Below, piece after piece: positions 47,006-58,140 of a stretch of DNA of 64,000 bases (positions within the stretch are counted from its first letter, which is position 1; each line of letters starts with the position of its first letter). The position numbers were made by a program, and so were the translations under genes. The notes under the pieces are model-generated. The model saw only the letters and a program-made list of their open reading frames with translations. It had not been told where the DNA came from and did not search any database. The stretch spans positions 11,408,001 to 11,472,000 of the forward strand of contig NC_045714.1 in assembly GCF_009834535.1 (NCBI RefSeq), in the 5' to 3' direction. Source of the stretch: Camelus ferus. Lineage: Eukaryota.

Positions 47006-49149
47006 GGGAGTAAATCGGGGTGGGTCGTGTTTTTCCTGCAGCACTCTCAACATGTTTCCGTTGTCTTTAGCCTTGCTTAGTTTCTGATGAGATGTCTGTT
47101 GTGATTGTTATCTTCGTTCTTCTGCACGTAGTGCATTTGTTTTTCTTCTGCCTGCCTTTGGTCTTCTCCTTGTCCTTAGCCTTTAGCTATTTGCATCTGG
47201 TGCACTGACCTTGGCGTTTGTTTTTGTTTAACTGATCCTGGCTGGTGTTCTCTGAGCTTCTCGGATCTGTCCTTTGATGTCTGCTATTAGTTTTGTCAGA
47301 AATTTCAATGATCCGTTTTAAAGCACTAACACTGGTTTCACGGCCCAGAATATGGTTTGTGTTGCTGAATGTTTCTTGTGTACTTAGGTGGCATTTTCTA
47401 TGAGTGTCAATTAGATAATTATTTCTTCAGTTATTTTCTCCTGCCTCATTCACTCTTCTCCAGGGATTTCAAAGACGCTTCTGTTGGATACTTGTTACGG
47501 TCCCACAACTGTTGGGTGCTCTGCTTTTTTAGAACTCTTTTTCTCTGAGTTTTGGTTTGAATAATTTCTATTGAACTGTCTTCACGTTTGTTATTACCTG
47601 TTAAGTTTACTAATGAGTCTGTCAAAGTCATCCTTTATTTTTGTGGTTTCTGCTGGTTTTTATTTCCAATATTGCCATTTGATATTTTTTTCATTATAGT
47701 TTCTATTTCTCTGTTGAAATTACCCCTGGGATGATTCGTGGTGATTTCAATTTCACCAGAGCCTTTAACATGATAATCATAGTTATTCTAAATTCCTGTC
47801 TGTTAATTCCAACATCTGTACCATATCTGAGTCTGATTCTGTTGATTCTTTTATCTCTTGACAGTTTGTTGCTTTTCTCACCTCTCTGAATGTCTCAGAA
47901 TTTTTTATGGAAGGCCAGACATCTTGCGTAGGACAACAGAGGCGGAAGTAAGCCGCTTTTATGTCTGGAAATGGAGCCTGTCTTTATTTCTGTGAGCCCT
48001 GTAGTAGGGGGAGATAAGTCAGCCTACTCAGGAGTTCAGCTGGGCTTCGGTTTCATTGTTGCTATAGTTACCCTCAAGGCGCTGATAGCTTCAAAGTCCT
48101 CTTTTGTTAGCTTGTGTTTATGTTGGGAGCTGGTTTGTGAGAGCCTTTATCTTAACGTCTGCTCCACTCTCAATTTTAAGTCTTCCTTTGCACTTTGCCA
48201 AGAGAGGGTCTCTCTGCAGACTCTGGCCCCTCTCCCGGCAGCAGGGGCCCTCGCTTGTTACTTCCTGCTGACTTGCTTGGCGGCGGCGCGTGGGGAATGC
48301 TCTCTGTTCTGCATATGGAGTACTCTCAGCCAGGCACTGTGTGACCTGTCCGACCCCAGGTAGATGTCTGGGTGTCGGATGTCTGCCTGTCCATCCCACC
48401 CCACCCCACCCCAGGAGTAGAGGGTCTTTGTTGTTGTTTCCTCCAGTCAGCTTCACTGGTTTCCAGCAGTGTCCTAAGGGTACCAGGTTTTACTGCCCTT
48501 CCCTTAGAAGTTTTAGGAGGTGGGGAGGCGGAGCAGGTGAGGCTGTGTGCTTTCCTGTGGTGGCTGCTGTCCCCCCCTTCAGGCTTGAGGGACCTTTCTC
48601 AGAACTCCCAGGCTCCCTTCTCCTATATTTACGTGAGCCCCAGTCCCGCTGTGGAAATGAACATGTGTATAGAATGAATTCCTCTTGTGTCCACAGCTCC
48701 CAGAAGTCTTACATTGTCTCACTAGTCCACACTCAACCTTTAGCAATTTGTTAAATATTTTAGCTTCCTCCCATCCCCCATTGGTGTCCAATGGCATCAC
48801 CCCAGGTAAGCAAGTGCCCCAGTTCCATCTCTCCTTGGAGACACCTATGTTTCCTCAGATTTCAGGTTAGTGGGTTTCCTGGCAACCTCAGATCTCTGCT
48901 GGATTAAAGAAAAGTTGCAGAATTTCAAATTGTCAGGCTTGTGGTCTTGATGTAGTGGTACCGACGGGAGAGATGCTCTTTATACCTTTCTATATCTGAA
49001 GCTGTCTGATTTCTCTTAAAGATCAAGTTGTTCAGTAAAAATAATGTTTCCTTTAAATCATAAGTTCATAACTTGCAGCAAAGGGTAGCCCAGGGGGTAG
49101 ATGAAATGGCAAAAAAAGGGGGAGGTGGTAGGTGAAGGTGTGATGTGGG

Positions 49150-49330
49150 GAAGCACTGGGTTCAGGACAAGAGCTTTGGGGTGAGCGTCATGCTGTCTGT
49201 GTGACCTTGGGTGAGGGACTTGACTTCCTTGAGTCTCAGTTTCCGTTTCCTCTTTTGTACAATGGAAATCAAATGTGATCTACTCCAGAGGATTACAAGA
49301 GCTAATTTATAAAAAGTGCTTGGTAGGGGG
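49150..49330 (+). mobile_element. MIR SINE
   Basis: aagagctttgggg ... tgtgtgaccttgggtgagggacttgacttccttgagtctcagtttcc ... gtacaatggaaat. Confidence 0.7.
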
Positions 49331-49515
49331 CTTGCTTCAGGTTAATTGCTTAATATAGGGTGGTTATCCGTTTTCATAAAATATGCGAAATTCAATTTCA
49401 TAGAATCTTTCAATGAAGACCATTTTCACAGTGTGGGAGGCACTTCTGCATGTACACAGATGAGAAATTAGTTGGTTATTTTCTTTATGATTCCAAGGCT
49501 CCTGGACTCAGCTGG

Positions 49516-49525
49516 TATGTATGTA

Positions 49526-49589
<64 letters not shown>
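49516..49589. repeat. Compound microsatellite (TATG)3(TG)n(GA)n
   Basis: Read directly; the GA run is ~22 units. Confidence 0.97.
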
Positions 49590-49592
<3 letters not shown>

Positions 49593-50158
49593 GATGTGCG
49601 CGGTGTGTTTGTGCGAGACTTTGATGAAATTCTCTAGAGTAGCTTCTGTTACTATTACCACCGTGACGTCATATTCCAAGCCCAGGCTGGGCATCTAGAA
49701 AGCACTCAGTAAACATTGGCAAAATGAGAGAAAGTAATCTGTCAGATGGAGAGAGGCTGGGGCTGGGGCTAGACTCCCAGCTTTGTCTCACTTTTGTCGG
49801 TCACGTGTCTGGGTGACCTTGGACAAGACCCTTGACTTCTCTAAGCCTCGATTTTTCCCCAGTAAGATGGCAGAAATCTTTGCTGCCCTCACTTACCTCT
49901 TCTGATTGTTACGAGGTCAAAGCAGGACGATGTCTGTGACCATCTGAAAACTCTCCAAACATATAAAGCATTAGTGTTAAAAATGATCACTCAAACCCAT
50001 TCCGAAAGGTTGAAGGGATACGTGAAAAGTGGACCTTGGAGCCTTCTCCGTTGTTGGTTTCAGCAGCAGTTAAGGTAGAGTCAGGCGGTGAGTGATCAAT
50101 TCTTTTTGAAGTTGCTCTCCCAAGGAGGCATTCGGATTTGTGCGGCTGCCTGACATGT

Positions 50159-50314
50159 NNNNNNNNNNNNNNNNNNNNNNNNNNNNNNNNNNNNNNNNNN
50201 NNNNNNNNNNNNNNNNNNNNNNNNNNNNNNNNNNNNNNNNNNNNNNNNNNNNNNNNNNNNNNNNNNNNNNNNNNNNNNNNNNNNNNNNNNNNNNNNNNNN
50301 NNNNNNNNNNNNNN
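50159..50314. other. Assembly gap (156 N)
   Basis: N run. Confidence 0.99.
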
Positions 50315-50775
50315 GAGATCTTTCGTATAAATGTGTCCACAAATCTTTCCTGGACGCTCAGGGTGAGTCCTCCGCCAGCTCCTTCAAAGGCCTCGTCCAT
50401 CACGACAGGGGGAATAAAAACTCAAGTTATGCTTTATTAATCTTACTGATGGTCACCCTTGACCCAGCTCAACCCATCTCCAACTGCGGCAGCAATTTCT
50501 AACTCAACTTCTGTTCCAGTAGAACTTGGCGCTCTCCACCACAACCACCGCCCTCCCCTGTTCCTCCTTGGCCCGTACCTGCCTTTAGTCAAAAGGAGGG
50601 CAGGCGGGGAAGGAGGCTTTTGTTGCTGGAGGCTGAGCCCTGGTGGTTGTGTTCTGGCTCCAAAGCCTGACTGCCTGGGGTTGAATCTCCGCTCCAGCAG
50701 ATGCTAACTGGGTGGCCCGGGCAAGCTATGGAGACCTGCCCCTGCCTCAGTTTCCCTGTTGATAAATTTGGATGG

Positions 50776-51155
50776 TGTATCAGTCAGGGTTATACTAGAG
50801 AAACAGAACCAGTAGGATATTTATATTAAGAGATGCACTTTAAAGAATTGTCTTACGGGATCGGGGGTCTGACTAGGTAAGTTGAAATTTGCATGGCAGG
50901 CTGGGCACCTTCAGGCAGGAGCTGAGGCTGCTGTCCACAGGCAGAATTTCTTTCTCAGGGAAACGTCAGTTCTGCTTTTCAACTGACTGTGTGGAGCACC
51001 CCACCCCCCATTATTAAAGATCATCTCCTTTATTTGAAGTCATCTGTCAATGTGAAGCCATCTACAGAATACCTTCACAGCAACACCTGGATTAGTGTTT
51101 GGTGGGTAACGAGGAATAATAGCCCAGCCAAGCTGACACGTGACTCGGACCATCC
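50776..51155 (-). mobile_element. MLT2 (ERVL) solo LTR
   Basis: tgtatcagtcagggttatactagagaaacagaaccagtagg ... ataccttcacagcaacacctggattagtgtttg ... agcccagccaagctgacac. Confidence 0.85.
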
Positions 51156-51181
51156 AAGATGGCATAGGATTGACAGGAAGA

Positions 51182-51590
51182 GAGGAGGAGGAGAATCGTC
51201 ACCCTAAGTGAAGTCAGCCAGCATGAGAAAGCCAAACACTTCCATGTTGAATCTAAAAAAATGGCACAAATGAACTTATTTACAAAACAGAAACAGACTC
51301 ACAGACATAGAAAACTAACTTATGGTTGCCAGAGGGGAAAGAGGGGAGGTGGAGGGATAAATTGGGAGTTTGGGATTTGTAGATACTAACTACTATACAT
51401 AACATAGAGAAACAACAAGGTCCTGCTATACAGCACAGGGAACTGTATTCAGTATCATATAATAACCTATAGTGGAAAAGAATATGAAAAGGAATATACG
51501 TGCGTGTAACTGAATCACTGTGCTGCACACCAGAAACTTAAGACAATGTAAGTCGACTATACTTTAATAAGAAATTTAAAATATTTTTTT
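51182..51590 (+). mobile_element. Cetartiodactyl-type L1 3' end
   Basis: ctaagtgaagtcagccag ... aaatgaacttatttacaaaacagaaacagactcacagacatagaaaac ... gggataaattgggagtttgggatt ... aacaaggtcctgctatacagcacagggaac ... gtaagtcgactatactttaataag. Confidence 0.9.
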
Positions 51591-52849
51591 AACTTAAGAT
51601 AAGCTGTGACATGTTTAGGATGCGGCCTGGCAAAGCGTGTGCTCCCCGTAAGTGTTAGATTATTATTGCTGAGGGGGTCAGGTGAGCGCCTGCTCACAAT
51701 AGCCCAGCACGTAGCAAGTGCTCAGTAAGTGTTAGCTATTACAACGTCTTTAAAGTTTCACTCAATACTGTATTGAGCTGCTGCCACGGGCCAGCCATGA
51801 TTGGGTTGCAGATACAATGGCATGGGCACTGAGGCCTATGGGCACAAGTAATTGCACACATGCCCCCCCACACCCAGCTGATGACAAGTGGTGACTTTGG
51901 AGGGTGACAGGAGAGCTTGTCATGGTGAGTCTGGGGGCTTGCAGAGGCTTCCTTGAGAGTGGGAGTTTGGAGCTGAGGTTTGGAGGATGAGTTGGGGGGA
52001 TCCCACACGTGGGTGGTGGGGTGCAGGGGGCGGAGCTACAGAAGTACATCTTGGAGAGCAGGACCGGCACAAACTCAGGCCCCCACACAGGGTCCAAGCT
52101 CTGTGGGCAGGTTCCCAGCCAATTCGTGAATCCTGACTATGTACATGTGACTGCTTTGATTTTATATTTGTATTTCTTCTCTTTCTTAGGCTACAAATAA
52201 TGAAAATAATTGTTTACCGGCTGTACCTAGATATTCCAAAATAATAATACCAATATTATTACAAACAATGTCATTATTCCTAAAAAAGGTTTAAGATCTC
52301 ATTGTAGTTTTTTTTTTTTTTTGGTCCAACTATGATACACATCCACATCAGTGTATTTTTTAATCACCTGATGTGATTCTTCTCTAATTGGTTAAACCAG
52401 GAGTTGGCAATGTTTTCTTAAAGGCCAAATAGCCCAGGGGCAAAATGGGCCCCTCCTTGCAGGATACAAGGAGAGCAGAATTGTTTGGCCTGGGGACCAC
52501 GCTTGGCCCCTTGGCTGGCACCCCGACCGCAGGTCAGTGTCGCCCAGTCCACCTCACTAGTGCACCTCACTGCTTCCCAGCCGCCGCCGTGGGCCCACCC
52601 ATCCTCCTCTCTCTCCTGACAAGTGCCACAGCTTCTGAGATGATCTCCCTGCTCCCATTCCGGCCCCCTGCTCACCTGCATCCTATCTTCCAGAGCAGCC
52701 AAAGTGACTTCCAGTTGAAATGTAACATCATTTAGAAAAAAGGATGAAAGGATAACCAGCAGTGCCGCTCTGTGGCCCCTCAGCCCAGAGCCCGAAGTCG
52801 CCTCTTTGCCCGGTCTCAGAAATGGCCCCTCCTTACTCCCCGAAGAGTC

Positions 52850-53960
52850 TGACATCTAACGCTATTGTTTTACTTTGCCTGCTTTTGAATTTTCCTTAAA
52901 CCAAGTAATTTCGATCGTGTGTTTTATACCTGGCTCCTTTTGCACAACCTTTACCGCGTGAAGCTCCAGCGCGCCGTCGTATGCGGGCGGAGCACGTCCG
53001 TGGCTCCGCTGTGTGGGGTTCTGTTGGCGAACGTGCTGTAACTCGTTCACCCATTTTGCAATTGATGGGTGTTTGGGTCGTTTCCATCTGGGGGCATGTA
53101 CAGACGGCACTTCCGTGAGCAGCCTCGTGCTGACCTGCTCCTGTTGGGCAGGTGACGTCCCGCTACAGGGCGCACGCTCGGGTTTTATAGACGCCGCCAG
53201 GTGGGTTTCCAGACTCTCCTGGTCTCGGCTCCCGCCGGGGGGCGAGGGCCCTCGCGGTCTGCACCCTTGAAATACTCACTGTTGTCCGGCGGTTCTGCGT
53301 TTGTTTTATATTTGTCTCTTTAGTTTGCTATTCTCTGGGTGGGGAGTATCTTACGGTGCTTTGATTTTCTTTATTCAACTTTTTACCTCTTCAACCGTAT
53401 TTAAGCGCACAGTGCCATAGTGCTGACTGTGCATTTTGCCTTGCAGCAGAGCGCTAGGACTTCTTATATCTTGCAGAACTGAAGCTCGGTCCCCATTAAG
53501 CAATAACTCCCCATTTCCACCTCTCCCTGGTAACCCCTGGTAACCGCATCCTACTCTCTGTTTCTATGAGTTTGACTGTTTTAGATAGTGTANNNNNNNN
53601 NNNNNNNNNNNNNNNNNNNNNNNNNNNNNNNNNNNNNNNNNNNNNNNNNNNNNNNNNNNNNNNNNNNNNNNNNNNNNNNNNNNNNNNNNNNNNNNNNNNN
53701 NNNNNNNNNNNNNNNNNNNNNNNNNNNNNNNNNNNNNNNNNNNNTACCCCGTTCACCCATCGATGGGCATTGAGGTTGCTTTCACCTCCCTGTGCTTTCA
53801 GTCTGCGCTTCCCTGCTGGCTGGTTAGGTTAAGCCTCTTTTCCTGTGTTTATCGGCCATTGGATGTCTTTTTCATGAAGTGCTCGTTCAAGTCTTTGGTC
53901 CATTTTTGCATCGGTCTACTTGCATTTTCTCTTTGACTTGTAGTAGTTCTTGATATAATC
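52850..53960 (-). mobile_element. Old L1 3' fragments (L1MB-like with nested L1MA-like piece)
   Basis: cccattttgcaattgatgggtgtttgggtcgtttccatctggggg, ttgcagaactgaagctc ... tactctctgtttctatgagtttgactgttttagata, tttatcggccattggatgtc. Confidence 0.7.
53593..53744. other. Assembly gap (152 N) within L1
   Basis: N run. Confidence 0.99.
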
Positions 53961-54257
53961 TAGGTAGGGCTCCTTGGCCATTTGTATGGAGGTCAATGGG
54001 CAAAGCAAATCTGATCAAAAGAGAAATCTGACCGTGTCACTCTCATGGCGCCTCCTTCTTTATACCTGTGTGTTCTGGCCCAGTCCCTCCTCCAGCCTCC
54101 CCTTGGCCCACCTGTTCTTTTCCTTCTCTCCTTCAGCCACGCTGGAGCCTCTTGAATATTCTGCTCTCTGCTCACCCTGGAGTTTGACAAAAGGGAGAAT
54201 AACTTGGAAGCTAAGGGTACAGACTCTGGAGACAGACCGGCTGGGTTTCATTCCTTA

Positions 54258-54387
54258 NNNNNNNNNNNNNNNNNNNNNNNNNNNNNNNNNNNNNNNNNNN
54301 NNNNNNNNNNNNNNNNNNNNNNNNNNNNNNNNNNNNNNNNNNNNNNNNNNNNNNNNNNNNNNNNNNNNNNNNNNNNNNNNNNNNNNN
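54258..54387. other. Assembly gap (130 N)
   Basis: N run. Confidence 0.99.
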
Positions 54388-55020
54388 ACATATTTGATGT
54401 ATTTTAATTAATTGCAAAATTATTCTTCTTGATGTTTAAATTGTTCCATCCTTGGCCACTGGTAGCTTCTTCAAGTTGTTTTCTGTGTCCTTTGACACCC
54501 TCTCCTCACCCCATCAGGAGTCTTTGATGAATTCCTTGCTTTCTGGGGTGACAAGGTGTTCCAGACCCATGATACACATTTCTTGTTCCAGACTTGGAAT
54601 CAGACATTTCTCCAAAGAGCCCTGGCTCTTGTTAGTTGGAATTAGTACTTAGAATCCACAGTCTGGGCAATGTGGGTGCTCAGTGCTATTGGACTGATCA
54701 TTGCTTCTGGGCTTTTCAGTGGTCAGAACTAGAAAATGGATAAGAGAAAAAGATACCGTGTGTTCATACTAATATTTTCGTTTCAACTTTAGGATGAATG
54801 ACAGGGATTTTACTTGATTGCTTTGATTTTATATTTCCATTTTCTCTTACACTGACAATAATGAAAATAATTGCATATTGGCTTTACACATATATATGTG
54901 TGTGTGTGTGTTTATGTATGTGTTTCAACACCAATGTATTACTAACAATATCATTGTTACTAAAAACAGTGTTAAGATTTCTTTGTCGTCCTTTTTGTCC
55001 CACCAGGGTATACAGCCAAA
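54388..55020 (-). mobile_element. Old L1 (L1MC-like) 3' region
   Basis: ttggccactggtagcttcttcaagttg ... cttggaatcagacatttctccaaagagccctgg ... cttagaatccacagtctggg; same type as the element at 2420-4200. Confidence 0.72.
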
Positions 55021-55021
55021 G

Positions 55022-55209
55022 GGTAAGTATTCTCAGGTTTGTAGGTCTCTTGTCTCTGTTGCAACTACTCTGCCATCACAGCACACAGTCAGCTGCATAG
55101 ACAAAGTGTAAATGAGCAGACTCGGCCGTGTTCCAATAAAACTTTATTTACAAAAACAGGTAGCAAGCTGGCTTTTGCCAGTATGCAGGGCAGAGTTTGC
55201 TGAACCCTG
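55022..55209. mobile_element. MER58A lacking its left end
   Basis: tctctgttgcaactactctgcc ... ggccgtgttccaataaaactttatttacaaaaacagg ... gtttgctgaaccctg. Confidence 0.85.
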
Positions 55210-57931
55210 TGGTTGTAAACCACCAACCCGGTGTGCAGGCTCACACACTTTCTCTTTATTTGCAACTATTTTCATTTACATTGTTTGCATTGTCATTTAA
55301 AATTTCCTTGGTTTTATAATTATCTAAACGTTTTCAAGGTTTTGAAGCCAAAACTGTAAAACAAGGTACATTTGGAAAAGTCTAGCTTCTCTGGATGCCC
55401 TTTTGACAGCATCTCAGTGCTGTGCTGAGAGACTCTGGCCAGTCTCATCAGTGGTGACTCCCCTCTCCTCCCAGCCCATTTCTTCCCTTTCTTTTGAAGG
55501 TGGTCCTGGTGCTCACCACTCCTTCCTGGCTTCCCTGTTCTGGTGCACGTGGTGATACTGAACAACTGATCCAACAGTGTCTTGGCTTCTTTAACTGGGG
55601 AGCTTAGGGTCAGAATACAAATCCATTTGTCTTCAGGCCAACACTAGTCTATATGATGTTTTTGTATGAATTTGAAGGAAGCACCCTCTCTGACCAGACA
55701 GAGCCCTGCAGGTACCCACGTCTGTGAGCAAGTTAGAAAGTGCCACCCCCTGGTATGTGGCTCAGGGGGCCGAGTGTGGGTGAGCTTTCGACCCTGCTTG
55801 CTCCTTCAGCAGAAAGACCTTGTGAAGTGTGCACCCTGCTCAGCTGTACAGTGGCCCCTGCTTGTTCTCAGGTCTTATGCATCTCCAGAGTGGCTCTATT
55901 CTCAGAAGCCTCTCCCTTTTGGTGTCAACAGTGACCTTCAGCGGTACCAGGCTTACATCCTGCCAGTTTTGTAACCCCCTCGAAGATACTGGAGAGGGAA
56001 ATGATTTGCAAGTGAATGGCCAGGCTGGGATGTGTGTCCTGCCCTTGAGGAAGGGAGGGCGGAAGGGGTTGCTGCAGGGCCACCTCATAGGGACCTCTTG
56101 GATTGAGAGCCTTCAAAGTAGAATCAAGGGTTATTACTAGAAAATGAGAGAATGAGTTCTGGGCAGGAAAAACCCACCAGCTTTTCCCATTCCTTTTCCT
56201 TGCCCCCATCCATGGAATCTCCCCACTCCCAGTTACCCTGCTTGAATTTGCTTTGCTCCACTTCCTTACAAGAAAACTCACTCCCCAAAATGTTCATTCT
56301 CTGCCTGGAAAACCCGTCTGGTTGTAAGTGAGCGTCACACACTGGTCTTCTTCTGTTATGAGTTCTGTGGGCGTCAGTTTTACCACAGCCCCCGTCTTTA
56401 ATCAAGAAGGAATTACCCAGTGGCAAGGCATTACGGTTTTCTTTTATAACCGGCTTGTTTAAAAAAAAATTAATTTCAGTGCAACTTTTAAGCGAGGGAA
56501 GAGAAAGGATAATTGGGCCGCGTTTCCTGAGAAGTTATGAAAGCAAGCGAGGGGTCATTTTTCAGAACTCCGCTCCTCACGATTAATCATCATCAGTCTC
56601 GGGTCTTTCATGCATCTTGCAGCCGAGCTGGGAGTCCTGGAATTAGCTGACTGGGCTTTGCTTCCATGATGCTTCTTGGATTCTCCTATCCACAAGGAAG
56701 GGGTTTGGAATTACGGAAGAAGCTGGCGTGTGGCTGGGTGGGGAAATTCTCCCGATAAAGGTGAAGGGTTTCCATGCTCTCTGGGGAAGGAGAGCCCCGG
56801 CACCCCTGCCCTCTTTCTGGAGCAGCAGCCCCCCTGCCATTCCCTTCCCCCTGATTTTTCTCAGAATCACTGGTTGTGTTGTGCTCTGAAGCCTGAACAC
56901 GGATGCTTGGAATTTTCAAACTGTAATTTATTACATGGGTGAAGGTTTTATCTCTTGTTTGGTGCGCATGACACTGGGTTCTAATTTCCACCTCAGGATC
57001 GGTTCCCCGTGGAGCAGGGCAAGCTTTGCCTAGCCTTTCTGTGTTAGTTCCGTCTCCTGGAAAATAGAGTTAACGTCAACCCTGCCCACAGTAGCACGGG
57101 AGTCAGCCAGTTTCTCAGAGAGCTAATCTCCCACCTTTGCCAGCAGAAGCCTGTGTTCCACCAACAGCCCCCAAATTCCGTCTGATGGGATAGTTGCTGG
57201 TGAGCAGTAATATCACTATTTTCCATTGTGAGGCTCCAAACTAGTACTTATGAGGTGGCTACTTAATTCACAAAGAAATCCAAGAAGCTGTCACGGTCGC
57301 CGCAGTGAGCGGGGTTCAGAGCTGTGAGGGCTGCTTGGGAGAGAACCACCACCCACCCAGAGCGGCCGCCATCTGAGGCTGGGCAGGCGGTCACAGTGGA
57401 GATTACAAGGTCACAGTGGGATGTGGCTTCGTCTCTCTCAATTTCAGGCCATGATTAATCTCTCCTGATGTTATTTTATTTGAAAAAATAATCTAAAACC
57501 GGCCCCAGACAAAACCAAATCTCCTGAAAAGGGAAATCTACGTGAAAAAAGAGAATGTTGTTCATGGCGAAGAAAAGGCATGAACACACAAGGGGAATTT
57601 TGGAGGCTCCGAGGACACTGAGAGGCCTGGTGCCTTAATTTATGACTAAGAAATGGAGAGCTCTTTCGTCTTGAAGATGACTCATGACCTCATCTGGGGT
57701 CTGCCTCCACCAAAAATGTGTCTCGTTGCAAGAGCTGCCCCCAAAAGAGGGTTTTCTGTGGCCTGTGGGACCCCATGCAGTTTCTCCTCCAGCCTGAGAC
57801 CTGGGTGTGCTGTCTGCAGTGAATTGTGGGGTCCCTCAGCGTGAGTTTTCCTGCCCTCCTGAGTCATAAACAGTTTGCAAGAAAGACTCTTCAAGAGGCA
57901 GGCTGCTTTGGTCTGGATGGTTCTCTAGGGA

Positions 57932-58140
57932 AGATCCTCTCAACCACAAGTGCTACTGGTATTTGAGTCTGGGCCACTGGTGTTGTGAGGTCATCCTGTG
58001 TCTTGTGGGGTGTTTTGAAGCATCCCTGGTCTCCACCCACTTGTTGCTGTTAGCCGCCCCTTTCCCACCAGTTTTGACAACCCGAAGTGTCTCCAGACAG
58101 CGCCACATGGCTCTGGGAGGTGAATTCGCCCTGGTCGCAA
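57932..58140 (-). mobile_element. MER20 (hAT-Charlie)
   Basis: agcatccctggtctccaccca ... ccagttttgacaacccgaagtgtctccagacagcgccacatg. Confidence 0.8.

Larger units (their letters stand above)
44490..49010 (-). mobile_element. Long degraded old L1 (ORF2, ORF1 and 5' parts), interrupted by MER58 and an LTR at 46241-47005
   Basis: T-rich + strand with antisense L1 ORF2 motifs (ccttgtatcctaggacc, gtaaggcatttagtctttcac, atattgaaccagccttcattactggaataaactccacttg, ggaagccatctgggcctgggg). Confidence 0.8.

Noticed and set aside
49985-50520. Protein-looking peptides around the 156-N gap (MDEAFEGAGGGLTLSVQERFVDTFIRKI...)
   Set aside because: I could not match them to any protein or retrocopy, and ORF length is inflated by Ns. 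A tBLASTx search would settle it.
53525-53546. Tandem duplication ccctggtaac x2
   Set aside because: Small slippage event inside a decayed L1, with no evidence of function.
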